Origin: Spirochaetia bacterium
Lineage (GTDB): Bacteria > Spirochaetota > Spirochaetia > DSM-16054 > Sediminispirochaetaceae
Reading direction: 5' to 3'
DNA: 64,000 bases
Assembly (NCBI GenBank): GCA_034520965.1
Contig: JAXHMY010000008.1
Coordinates: 160,001 to 224,000 of the forward strand
This document shows, piece after piece, positions 39,251 through 48,206 of the stretch. The translations under genes and the position numbers were made by a program. Numbering within the stretch: the stretch's first letter is position 1; every line of letters starts with the position of its first letter. The notes under the pieces were generated by a model. That model had not been told where the DNA came from. It did not search any database and saw only the letters and a list, made by a program, of their open reading frames with translations.

Positions 39251-40513
39251 ATGCAGTATTTTACTGAACAAGCGCCCAGTCACCACGAAGTCTTGGAGAA
39301 AATTCGCCGGAAGTACGGAGAGCGGGCGAAGATTCTGACCCACAGAACAGTACGGCTGGGAGGATTTATGGGAATGTTTTCAAAAGAGGGTGTTGAGATG
39401 ACCGGTTACATTGCTCAGGAAGCCCCCAGTAAGCAGAAAGCACGGGTGCAGGAAGAGAAACAAAAAATCCTCGATAGCGTGAAAGGGGATAAAACCCTGC
39501 AGAAGGTTCTTGAGGAAGTTCAGTCTCTAAAGCAGCAGTTTGAATCCTACACGCCTCCTAAAGTGCAGGAGGATCATCCAGTTTTTTCTGAGGTGACTGA
39601 TGTGCTGTCACAGAATGAGTTTTCCTTTCACTTTATTCAGGACTTGCTGGAGCGGGTACGGCAGGAACTCAGTTATGAACAATTGAATGATACGGAGTTT
39701 GTGTTATCCCAGGTGCTGGAGTGGATTGGCGAGATTGTACCTGTCAAGGAAAACTACCGTGAGGGAAAACCCCGTATACTAATTTTGGTAGGGCCGACGG
39801 GGGTTGGAAAAACAACTACCATTGCCAAACTGGCGGCTATACATAGCCTTGGAAGCAAGGGTGAGCGATCGAAGGATGTGCGGATTATTACTATAGATAA
39901 TTATAGAATCGGTGCGAAGCAGCAGATTCGCACCTATGCGGAAATTCTGCAGGTACCTTTTACAAGCGTGGAGTCTTTCCAGGATTTACAGAATCAGATA
40001 GCCCTTGACCAGGATGCCGATTTAGTGCTGATCGATACGATCGGCAAGAGTCCGAAGGATTATATGAATCTGGCAAAAATGCGTGAGATTCTGGACGGCT
40101 GCGGCGGAAAAGCGGAAGTCCATCTAGCTGTGAGTGCTACCACCAAGGTCTCGGACCTAAAAGAGATTATGCAGCAGTTTGAACCCTTTAATTATGAGGC
40201 GGTCGTACTAACTAAACTTGATGAGACAATGCGGATCGGAAACTTGATCAGCGTGTTGAATGAAAGGGGTAAACAGCTCTCGTATATTGCCGACGGGCAG
40301 CGGGTTCCGGAAGATATCCAGCGGGCGACCCGTATACGAATATTAAAAACCTTGGAAGGCTTTCCGGTGTATGTGGGTCGACTAAAGCAGAAATTCGGTG
40401 AGGTAGATCACTCAGAAGAGGCCGGCGCAGATGGAAATGATGCGGTTACACCTGGAGGAACAAGAGCAGCTATACAGGGTCGGAAAAGAGATCACAAAAA
40501 CAAAGCGGGGTGA
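39251..40513 (+). CDS. flhF: flagellar biosynthesis SRP-family GTPase FlhF
   Basis: GPTGVGKTTTIAKLAA, DNYRIGA, DTIG, TKLDET. Confidence 0.96.
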   Translation: MQYFTEQAPSHHEVLEKIRRKYGERAKILTHRTVRLGGFMGMFSKEGVEMTGYIAQEAPSKQKARVQEEKQKILDSVKGDKTLQKVLEEVQSLKQQFESYTPPKVQEDHPVFSEVTDVLSQNEFSFHFIQDLLERVRQELSYEQLNDTEFVLSQVLEWIGEIVPVKENYREGKPRILILVGPTGVGKTTTIAKLAAIHSLGSKGERSKDVRIITIDNYRIGAKQQIRTYAEILQVPFTSVESFQDLQNQIALDQDADLVLIDTIGKSPKDYMNLAKMREILDGCGGKAEVHLAVSATTKVSDLKEIMQQFEPFNYEAVVLTKLDETMRIGNLISVLNERGKQLSYIADGQRVPEDIQRATRIRILKTLEGFPVYVGRLKQKFGEVDHSEEAGADGNDAVTPGGTRAAIQGRKRDHKNKAG

Positions 40514-40516
40514 AAA

Positions 40517-41386
40517 ATGACGGATCAGGCTGAACAGTTGCGGGAGCTCATGAAAAACCGCACATCCGAAGAGGGTGGTTCCGAGAACAAAACCAGAATC
40601 ATTGCAATTGCCAGCGGGAAAGGCGGAGTCGGAAAGACAAATATTTCGATTAACCTGGCAATGGCCTATGCGCAACTGGGCAAGAAAGTAATTGTTATGG
40701 ATGCTGATCTCGGACTTGCCAATGTAAACGTAATACTTGGAATTATTCCCAAGTACAACCTGTACCACCTTATCCGCAAGCAAAAGCGGATGAGCGAAAT
40801 ACTGATGGATACCGAGTATGGTATACAAATAGTTGCGGGTGCCTCCGGTTTTTCAAAAATTGCCAATCTCACCGATGAGGAACGGGGCCATTTTATTGAG
40901 GAACTGTCTGCTCTATCTGATGCAGATATCATCATTATTGATACCAGCGCAGGGGTTTCGAGTAATGTGCTGGGCTTTATCGCGGCGGCGGATGATGCAA
41001 TTATTGTCACCACTCCTGAGCCTACCGCTATCACCGATGCGTATGGTATAATAAAGATTATAGCAACAGAAATAGAAAATATGGACTTAGGCTTAAAATT
41101 GATAGTAAATAGAGTGAAAAGTGTGACGGAAGGGCGTAAAATAGCAGAAAGGGTGATCAATATTGCCGGTCAGTTCTTGAATCTGAAGCTTGATTATCTG
41201 GGCTACGTATATGAAGATCAAGGAGTTGGTTCGGCGGTAATTCACCAGAAGCCGTTTATGGCATCCGAACCAAACGGTAAAGCCGCAATTTGCGTGCGTC
41301 ATATCGTGAGCCGGTTGGAAAACGTTGAGTATAAGGAAGGCAGCGGGGTCGGCAGCTTTTTGAAACGACTGTTAGGAAAGACTTAA
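40517..41386 (+). CDS. flhG: MinD-like ATPase FlhG
   Basis: DQAEQLR N-terminus, SGKGGVGKT, DADLGLAN, TPEPTAITDAY. Confidence 0.95.
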   Translation: MTDQAEQLRELMKNRTSEEGGSENKTRIIAIASGKGGVGKTNISINLAMAYAQLGKKVIVMDADLGLANVNVILGIIPKYNLYHLIRKQKRMSEILMDTEYGIQIVAGASGFSKIANLTDEERGHFIEELSALSDADIIIIDTSAGVSSNVLGFIAAADDAIIVTTPEPTAITDAYGIIKIIATEIENMDLGLKLIVNRVKSVTEGRKIAERVINIAGQFLNLKLDYLGYVYEDQGVGSAVIHQKPFMASEPNGKAAICVRHIVSRLENVEYKEGSGVGSFLKRLLGKT

Positions 41387-41389
41387 AAC

Positions 41390-41418
41390 TTGACGGTTTT
41401 GGAATATTCTCATAGTCT
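41390..41418 (+). promoter_or_regulatory. internal sigma70-like promoter for the flgV-fliA-fapA...cheA-like sub-operon
   Basis: TTGACG (41390-41395), 17-nt spacer, TAGTCT (41413-41418). Confidence 0.6.
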
Positions 41419-41442
41419 TTATGTAGGGGGACCGAGGCTTAT

Positions 41443-42183
41443 ATGCCTAATATAAAAGTTATTCTTTGGAGTGCCGGCAGTGCAGCTGTAATTGCTTTGC
41501 TTGCAGGACTGTTCGGTAGAGTCACTTTTTTTGACCTTCTTCTGAGGGTTTTACTTGGCGGAGCAGCATTTGGTCTGTTCGGCGCCGGGGTAAGCCTGTT
41601 GCTGATGCGCTTTGTTCCAGAACTGTTTGAACAGCAGGAATCGGAAGAGGACGGCTTTACGGCTGCGACCAGTGAGGCTGGAGAAAAAGAAGCTCCGGCA
41701 CAACAGGGGAATAATCTTAATATTGTCCTTGATGGGGATGAATACAGTTACGGGGACACCGCAGAGGCGACGGCTGAGAATGAAGTAGAGTCCGGTGATT
41801 TCGTGGAAGATGAAGAGCAGTTTGTAGAGGAAGTTTCGGAGTCGGAAGATCAAAGCGCATTGGGGAGGCAGACGGAAACCGGCACAGCACACAGAGCACA
41901 AGTCTCTTCCGACCCTGAGAGCAGTAGTGCGGAGAAACCAGCCGCTGCTTCCGCGGACTATCAGGAGTTCGAAAACTTAGCTGATGTAGACACACTGCCC
42001 GATTTAGATGAGTTTTCCGACTCATTTGAAAGTGTAGCTGCAGCTCAAGACTCAGAAAATGAATCTAATGGAGGAGGGGGGTACTCTTCTACGGATTCGG
42101 TAGATATAATGGGGGATGAACAGGATCCGGCCACAGTTGCCAAGGCGGTTCGTACTATTATAGGAAGAGACCAAGAAGGATAA
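41443..42183 (+). CDS. flgV: FlgV-like flagellar membrane protein (2 TM helices, acidic disordered linker, C-terminal helix)
   Basis: Architecture and position right after flhF-flhG match FlgV described in Borrelia; the call rests on synteny and architecture only. Confidence 0.6.
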   Translation: MPNIKVILWSAGSAAVIALLAGLFGRVTFFDLLLRVLLGGAAFGLFGAGVSLLLMRFVPELFEQQESEEDGFTAATSEAGEKEAPAQQGNNLNIVLDGDEYSYGDTAEATAENEVESGDFVEDEEQFVEEVSESEDQSALGRQTETGTAHRAQVSSDPESSSAEKPAAASADYQEFENLADVDTLPDLDEFSDSFESVAAAQDSENESNGGGGYSSTDSVDIMGDEQDPATVAKAVRTIIGRDQEG

Positions 42184-42186
42184 AGT

Positions 42187-42975
42187 ATGGGGGAGAAACT
42201 GTTAGAGGAGAAGACAGAAGAAGAACTCTGGGAATTGTACAGAAAAAATCAAGATCCCAAAATTCGCGATATGTTTGTCAAGCAGTACGCACCCTTGGTG
42301 AAGTATGTTGCCGGCAAGGTGGCAGTAGGAATGCCGCATAACGTTGACTTTGACGATCTGGTAGGGTTCGGAGTCTTTGGTTTGATCGATGCCATCAATA
42401 AATACGATCCGGATAAACACGTGAAGTTCAAAACCTATGCTGTCACACGTATTCGTGGAGCTATCTTTGATGAACTGCGGTCTATAGACTGGGTGCCCCG
42501 GTCGGTAAGACAAAAATCACGTGAAATTGAAGATACAGTCCATCACCTCGAGGCATCCTTGGGACGTGCGGCAACTGATAAAGAGATAGCTGCGGAACTG
42601 GGCATGTCGGAGAGCGATTTTCAGAAGACTATGATGAAGATCAGTGGTACTTCTATTCTTTCGCTGAACGATGTATGGTACACCAGCGAAGAAAACGATA
42701 GTATTTCTATAGTCGACAGTATAGAATCGCCCCAGAGTCTGAATCCTGATACAATTGTAGAGAAAGAAGAAATAAAGAGGGTGATTGTTCAGGCTATCGA
42801 TGAGCTTCCTGAGAAAGAGAAAAAAGTGCTGGTTCTGTATTACTACGAGGATCTTACTCTTAAGGAAATCGGTAAAGTGCTGGAAGTCACTGAATCGCGG
42901 ATTAGTCAACTGCATACAAAGGCAATTATTCGTCTTCGTTCAAAACTGACCAATATTAAAAAGGGGATTTTTTAG
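42187..42975 (+). CDS. fliA: RNA polymerase sigma28 factor (FliA/WhiG family)
   Basis: [58 protein letters not shown]. Confidence 0.96.
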   Translation: MGEKLLEEKTEEELWELYRKNQDPKIRDMFVKQYAPLVKYVAGKVAVGMPHNVDFDDLVGFGVFGLIDAINKYDPDKHVKFKTYAVTRIRGAIFDELRSIDWVPRSVRQKSREIEDTVHHLEASLGRAATDKEIAAELGMSESDFQKTMMKISGTSILSLNDVWYTSEENDSISIVDSIESPQSLNPDTIVEKEEIKRVIVQAIDELPEKEKKVLVLYYYEDLTLKEIGKVLEVTESRISQLHTKAIIRLRSKLTNIKKGIF

Positions 42976-42993
42976 TTACCGTGGGAGGCCGAA

Positions 42994-44955
42994 GTGGTTG
43001 AAATTGCCAAACTGAGAGAGTTTATGCGGACTCAGGCAGAAGAAGACCGCAAGAGTCGCTGGGTGCAGGTCGAGGGTGAAGACCTCGATGAAGCCTTGCG
43101 TCAGGCTGCGATTGAGCTTTCCCTTCCAATAAAAAAGATAGAATACGAAATTCGCGATCCCGGTAAAAAAGGAACCTTTGGAATCGGCCGGACAAACTGT
43201 GTGATAGTAGCTTACCCGGCAATTGATCCGGCCCAACTTCAACTGACTGAAGATTCCCTTGAAATGGGTTCGGGTATGGAACAGGGTGAAGATCAAGATA
43301 AAGACGGAGAGGCTATTGTGCGGCTTTTCCCCGAAGGGGTGTTCCTAAAGGTGATACCGCCGGTTGGGAACGGAGCTCACGCCACTGAAAGACAAGTCTA
43401 TGCCAAGGTAAAAGAGCGGGACATTGAACGCTATGATAAACAGTTGATCCAGAAAATTGTCAAGGCCGCCGATAACCGCTATATAAAAATTGGCGACTTT
43501 GATTACAATCCTGCCAACGATTCAATTATTACCGTCGATATTACAGATTTCGATATGAAGGCGTTTATAATCTGCAAACCGCCCACTAAGAATGGAGCAG
43601 ATCCAAATTTTGACGGGCTGCTTGGCTTTCTCAAAACAAACGGTGTGGTATTTGGAATCAAGGAAGAGCCTCTACGAAAGTTTGTAGACTTTCCCAAGTA
43701 CAATGAGACAGTTTTAGTGGCAGAGGGAACCGCCCCGGTAAATGGGAATGATGCCCGAATTATTTATAATTTTGAAACCGATCGTTCAAAAATTAAGCTG
43801 AAGGAAAAGAACGGACGGGTAGATTTTAAGGAATCAAATGTAATCCAGAATGTGGTTGAAGGTCAGGCGTTAGCAAAGAAGATTCCTCCCGGTGAAGGCC
43901 AACCCGGCCGAACGGTAACCGGGAAGCTTCTGCCTGCGAAAGACGGCAATGATGTGAAGTTTGAAATAGGCAAGAACGTTCATCTGTCGGACGACGGAAT
44001 TACTGCAGTGGCTTCTATCAATGGCCAGGTGATGTTGGCAAACAGCAAAATCAGTGTGGAACCGGTTTTAGTAGTTCCGGGAGATGTAAACTTGAAAACC
44101 GGTGGTAATGTCATTTTCTTGGGTACGGTAATCGTCAAAGGTAATGTCGAGGACGGTTTTAAGGTGCAAGCTGCCGGAAATATTGAAATTATGGGAAATG
44201 TAGGGAAGAGCGAGTTGGATGCCGAGGGCGATGTAATCGTGCATCAAGGAATAACCGGAAAAGGCGAAGGGTTCGTACGGGCCGGGCGAGGAGTGTGGTC
44301 AAAGTTCATCGAAAACGCTCGGATTGAATCGGGTGACCTGGTGGTTGCCTCCGATGGAATTATTAACTCTAGGGTGAGCGCTAATCATCGAATTATCTGC
44401 CAGGGAAAGCGTGCAACTATTGTAGGCGGGCATCTGCGGGCAGCTGAAGAGATCCATGCGAAAACTTTGGGGTCGGTGGCAGGCTCAGAAACAGTGCTCG
44501 AAGTAGGTTACGATCCAAACAGCAAACAGCGCTTATATGATCTCAATACTCGAAATGAAGAAATTGAAGAGCAGCTTGATAAGATTATGCAGGATATGGC
44601 TACCATAAAAAAACTAAAAGAGAAAAGCGGTAAAAAGCTGTCGAAGGAAAAACTTGCGTATCTTAAAGAGATTACCGAAAAGAAGTCCGCCATCGAGCAG
44701 GAAAAGCAAGAGAAACAGGAAGAGATCGATGAACTGCAGCACTACCTATCGTCTTTGAAGGTAAAGGGACGGATATCAGCCTCTGAACGGGTGTTCAGTG
44801 GAGTCAAGCTCAGCATCAAAGAAGCTGCTTTAGAAGTAAGAAATGAATATAAATCAGTTACTTTTGTGAACGAGAAGGACGATATAAAAGTAACGAAATA
44901 CATTCAACCTGAGGAGGACTATTCGAGGCCGAACAATGCCGCTTCAACCGATTGA
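42994..44955 (+). CDS. fapA: FapA (DUF342) family protein with an N-terminal Jag_N-like domain
   Basis: EGEDLDEAL...IEYEIRDPGKKGTFGIG (Jag_N-like); GDVNLKTGGNVIFLGTVIVKGNV beta-helix repeats; C-terminal coiled coil. Confidence 0.85.
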   Translation: MVEIAKLREFMRTQAEEDRKSRWVQVEGEDLDEALRQAAIELSLPIKKIEYEIRDPGKKGTFGIGRTNCVIVAYPAIDPAQLQLTEDSLEMGSGMEQGEDQDKDGEAIVRLFPEGVFLKVIPPVGNGAHATERQVYAKVKERDIERYDKQLIQKIVKAADNRYIKIGDFDYNPANDSIITVDITDFDMKAFIICKPPTKNGADPNFDGLLGFLKTNGVVFGIKEEPLRKFVDFPKYNETVLVAEGTAPVNGNDARIIYNFETDRSKIKLKEKNGRVDFKESNVIQNVVEGQALAKKIPPGEGQPGRTVTGKLLPAKDGNDVKFEIGKNVHLSDDGITAVASINGQVMLANSKISVEPVLVVPGDVNLKTGGNVIFLGTVIVKGNVEDGFKVQAAGNIEIMGNVGKSELDAEGDVIVHQGITGKGEGFVRAGRGVWSKFIENARIESGDLVVASDGIINSRVSANHRIICQGKRATIVGGHLRAAEEIHAKTLGSVAGSETVLEVGYDPNSKQRLYDLNTRNEEIEEQLDKIMQDMATIKKLKEKSGKKLSKEKLAYLKEITEKKSAIEQEKQEKQEEIDELQHYLSSLKVKGRISASERVFSGVKLSIKEAALEVRNEYKSVTFVNEKDDIKVTKYIQPEEDYSRPNNAASTD

Positions 44956-45265
44956 TTTACAGGTATTATTTGCTCATATTAATCAAGTAGGAAAACAGCA
45001 GGCAGTGCTGAAAGAGGCTTCAGTGGTGCAGCAGGGTCTCCGCGGGGCGGAGCTTGCCAAACAGACGCGACAGAATGCTGAATCAGTGAGGCAAACTGAA
45101 GAAGTACCGGAGGAAAGTACACAAATACGGGAAAAGCAGTCTGAGGGAGGCGACCTCACGCATGAAGAGGCCGGAGGGGAAGAGTCTGAGCAGTCGGAAG
45201 AGAAGAGGAAAAAGCACTATTTCGAGGATCCTGCCTTAGGAAAAAACATCGATATATCGGGATAA
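44936..45265 (+). CDS. hypothetical protein of flagellar clusters
   Basis: MPLQPIDLQ N-terminus and DPALGKNIDISG C-terminus, a pattern I recall downstream of DUF342 genes; overlaps the fapA stop. Confidence 0.7.
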   Translation: MPLQPIDLQVLFAHINQVGKQQAVLKEASVVQQGLRGAELAKQTRQNAESVRQTEEVPEESTQIREKQSEGGDLTHEEAGGEESEQSEEKRKKHYFEDPALGKNIDISG

Positions 45266-45268
45266 CAT

Positions 45269-45868
45269 ATGTATATTACTTCAATCATGGTGAGCACCGG
45301 AATAAGTATAATGATAGCAGGGATAGTATATATACTGCTGGTAAAAAGAATAAACAGAGAAAAGTCGAGTACTGCAATAACAGAACAGGTAAGAAACGAA
45401 ATAGATCGTATGGTTGTAGATTTGAATCAAACCGCCGACAGAAATATTGGATTGATCGAACAGCAACTCAAATCATTGACGGAGATGATTCAAGAGGCTG
45501 ATCATAGGATTTCTCTACTTCAAAAACATTCGGAAAAACTGAACAGAAGCACTGATACTTATAATCAGATTCGTCCTGCCCAGATAGTGAAACCAAAGGC
45601 AACTCCAGAACCAAAAGCATCACCAGCTCCACAGGCCAGTGAAGTCTCTCCACCAAATTCTCATACTGTGGATATTTCTGAGAAAATACAGCCCAGCACC
45701 TCCGTTTCGGAGAGCGAGGATGCACAGGATTCAGTGACGACCTCAAAACGTGAGCGTGTAATCAACCTCCATCGACAGGGAATTTCACTTGATATTATCG
45801 CTTCCAGGGTTGGTTCTACTGTAGCTGAGGTAGAGCTGATTATATCAATGACAGAGGGCCACCGATGA
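45269..45868 (+). CDS. SwrB/DUF2802/DUF6115-like protein (TM, coiled coil, C-terminal HTH-like motif)
   Basis: N-terminal TM helix; C-terminal VINLHRQGISLDIIASRVGSTVAEVELII; downstream of sigma28, like swrB after sigD. Confidence 0.65.
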   Translation: MYITSIMVSTGISIMIAGIVYILLVKRINREKSSTAITEQVRNEIDRMVVDLNQTADRNIGLIEQQLKSLTEMIQEADHRISLLQKHSEKLNRSTDTYNQIRPAQIVKPKATPEPKASPAPQASEVSPPNSHTVDISEKIQPSTSVSESEDAQDSVTTSKRERVINLHRQGISLDIIASRVGSTVAEVELIISMTEGHR

Positions 45869-47562
45869 GCCGAATAATAGGGATAGATCTAGGCACCACA
45901 AATACTGCCGCTGCCTTTATGGATGATGATACTCCTCGTATAATACCTAATGATCGCGGTAAAATGCTAACCCCCTCAGTGGTAGCTTTAACTGATTCGG
46001 GGGAGCTTTTAGTTGGAGAAGCTGCGAAGAACCAGGCGATGGTGAATGCCGAGGGTACAATAAGTTCTATCAAGCGTCTAATCGGAAAAAAGACGGAAGT
46101 AAAACTGCGGAATCGGTCATTTTCACCACAGGAGATAAGTGCGGAAATACTCAAAAAAGTGCGGCGGGATTGTGAAGCATATATGGGGGAGGAAATACGG
46201 GATGTTGTTATTTCGGTGCCCGCATATTTTAATGAGCTTCAGCGAAAGGCCACCCAGGAAGCTGGGCGTTTAGCAGGATTAAGAGTTCATCGCATAATCA
46301 ATGAGCCCACCGCTGCTTCCCTGGCCTACGCATCTCAGATACATACTCGTAAGAATATTTTAGTGTATGATATTGGTGGTGGAACCTTTGACGCAACCGT
46401 ACTTACCAGTGATGGAAGCAATTTTGAAGTCCTGGCAAGCAACGGCAATAATCAGTTAGGCGGAATCGATTTTGATGCATTGCTGTTTCAGCAAATCTCC
46501 GAACCCTTTAATCAGCAGGCAGGCTTTAGTGTGACTGAAGATCCATTTCTGCGTCAGCAGCTGCTCGACCAGGTTGAAAGGGCTAAAATTGAACTATCCG
46601 AAAGGGACACTGCCGCAGTCGCTCTGCCGTTTATCGATGTAGATCGTACACCGATACATCTGCACTACACTGTACAGCGGCAAGAGTTCAACAAACTCAT
46701 TTATCCGTTGATTGAAAAGACTATCGCCCTGAGCCGTGAAGCGGTTCACGATTCAAAAGTTGCGATCGATACCCTCATTTTTAGCGGCGGTTCCAGTAGA
46801 ATCCCGCTCATCTCCCATTTAATGAACGAGCTCCTACAAGTACGTCCCCAGGCTAAGGTGAACCCCGATGAAGTTGTAGCCCTTGGAACAGCGGTGCACG
46901 CCTCCATACTGACCACCAATTCTACTGTGCAGCGAAGCCGGCTTCATTCACTGAAAGATGTCACTCCCTTGCCCTTAGGGGTTGAAATCGAAGGTGAAAG
47001 GTTTTTGCCGGTAGTCGAGAAGAATGCTCCCCTCCCGGCAGAAAGGAAACAGTTGTTCACCACGGTAGCCGATGGTCAGCAGAGTGTCGCGGTGCATATC
47101 CTCCAGGGAGAGAGCCAATCTGCTGTGGAAAACGTCTCTTTAGGACGTTTCCTTCTTTCCGGAATCAAAAAGATGGAGAGGGGGGCGGCAAAGATCGAGG
47201 TAGTGTTTAAGATTGATCTTGATGGATTGTTAAAGGTAGTTGCCCGGGATATAGATACCGGGATCGAAAAAAATGTCACGATCGACCGGGAAAGTGACTC
47301 CTCAAATACGGTATCCGAAGATGAACACTTCGAAAAACTCAAGAATTTGATACGTCGGACTGATACTTTAATCGAAATGGTCCCGGCGGACACCGCTCCT
47401 GCTTTTATTAAAGAGGTAAATGCAATACTTTCTGCTGCGCGTAAGGCTGCTGCGGACTCTCCAATTGAAGTACTGCGTCAGTACCAGGTTGCACTAGAAG
47501 CGGTTTTAGCCGAGATCCACGAACTTTTAAAAGAGCAGGAGGTTCAATGTGGAAGAGCTTAG
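45865..47562 (+). CDS. atypical Hsp70/DnaK-family chaperone
   Basis: IGIDLGTTN, TPSVVA, VPAYF, INEPTAA, YDIGGGTFD, GGSSRIP, DVTPLPLG, HILQGE; only 565 aa. Confidence 0.93.
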   Translation: MSRIIGIDLGTTNTAAAFMDDDTPRIIPNDRGKMLTPSVVALTDSGELLVGEAAKNQAMVNAEGTISSIKRLIGKKTEVKLRNRSFSPQEISAEILKKVRRDCEAYMGEEIRDVVISVPAYFNELQRKATQEAGRLAGLRVHRIINEPTAASLAYASQIHTRKNILVYDIGGGTFDATVLTSDGSNFEVLASNGNNQLGGIDFDALLFQQISEPFNQQAGFSVTEDPFLRQQLLDQVERAKIELSERDTAAVALPFIDVDRTPIHLHYTVQRQEFNKLIYPLIEKTIALSREAVHDSKVAIDTLIFSGGSSRIPLISHLMNELLQVRPQAKVNPDEVVALGTAVHASILTTNSTVQRSRLHSLKDVTPLPLGVEIEGERFLPVVEKNAPLPAERKQLFTTVADGQQSVAVHILQGESQSAVENVSLGRFLLSGIKKMERGAAKIEVVFKIDLDGLLKVVARDIDTGIEKNVTIDRESDSSNTVSEDEHFEKLKNLIRRTDTLIEMVPADTAPAFIKEVNAILSAARKAAADSPIEVLRQYQVALEAVLAEIHELLKEQEVQCGRA

Positions 47563-48193
47563 GTACTACCGTGCATTAGGTCTTCCTGCAGGGGCAGATG
47601 CCGGACAAATAAAATCTGCCTACCGGGTTCTGGCAAAAAAGTACCATCCTGATATGAGTAAAGATCCAGCTACGGGTGATGAGTTTAGAAAAGTTGCGGC
47701 CGCCTATAAAACTCTCCTCGCTCGCGAGGAGAAACGAAGTTACCTTGATTCAACTGTACGGCGTACATATAGAACGTCCCCGATACGGCCGGCCACACAG
47801 CCTTCTACGGGGGAGGCAAAAAAATCAATTTACGAGATTGGCCAACTCCTTCTGAGGGGAAAAACGGCGAGTATGCGTGCCTTTGCGGCGAGGCGTCTGG
47901 GTTTTTCTCAACAGAAAGGAGCTTATGTATATCTGCGGAAGTCTTTACAGGACCCTTCCGAGGCGGTAGTTCTTGCTGCTGTCGAGGCAATCGGCCGTCT
48001 ACGGGTGAGCATCTCCGCTGAAGAGCTTGAAGCTCTGTTTGAAGGTAGTTCAAGGCCGGTAAAATTGGCAATACTCCAAACTGTCGAAATGTGTGGTACA
48101 AAAAATGTTTTTCTCGGAATACTCGTCAAAGGAATGCAATCTTTAGACCGCAAAGTTCGCAGCAAGTCTTTGTCCCTGTTTTCACAAATTTGA
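47549..48193 (+). CDS. J-domain protein with C-terminal HEAT-like repeats (class C JDP)
   Basis: YYRALGL...IKSAYRVLAKKYHPD; HEAT/PBS-like RAFAARRLG, LQDPSEAVVLAAVEAIGRL, DRKVRSK. Confidence 0.88.
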   Translation: MEELRYYRALGLPAGADAGQIKSAYRVLAKKYHPDMSKDPATGDEFRKVAAAYKTLLAREEKRSYLDSTVRRTYRTSPIRPATQPSTGEAKKSIYEIGQLLLRGKTASMRAFAARRLGFSQQKGAYVYLRKSLQDPSEAVVLAAVEAIGRLRVSISAEELEALFEGSSRPVKLAILQTVEMCGTKNVFLGILVKGMQSLDRKVRSKSLSLFSQI

Positions 48194-48206
48194 AAGGAGT
48201 CTCGTA

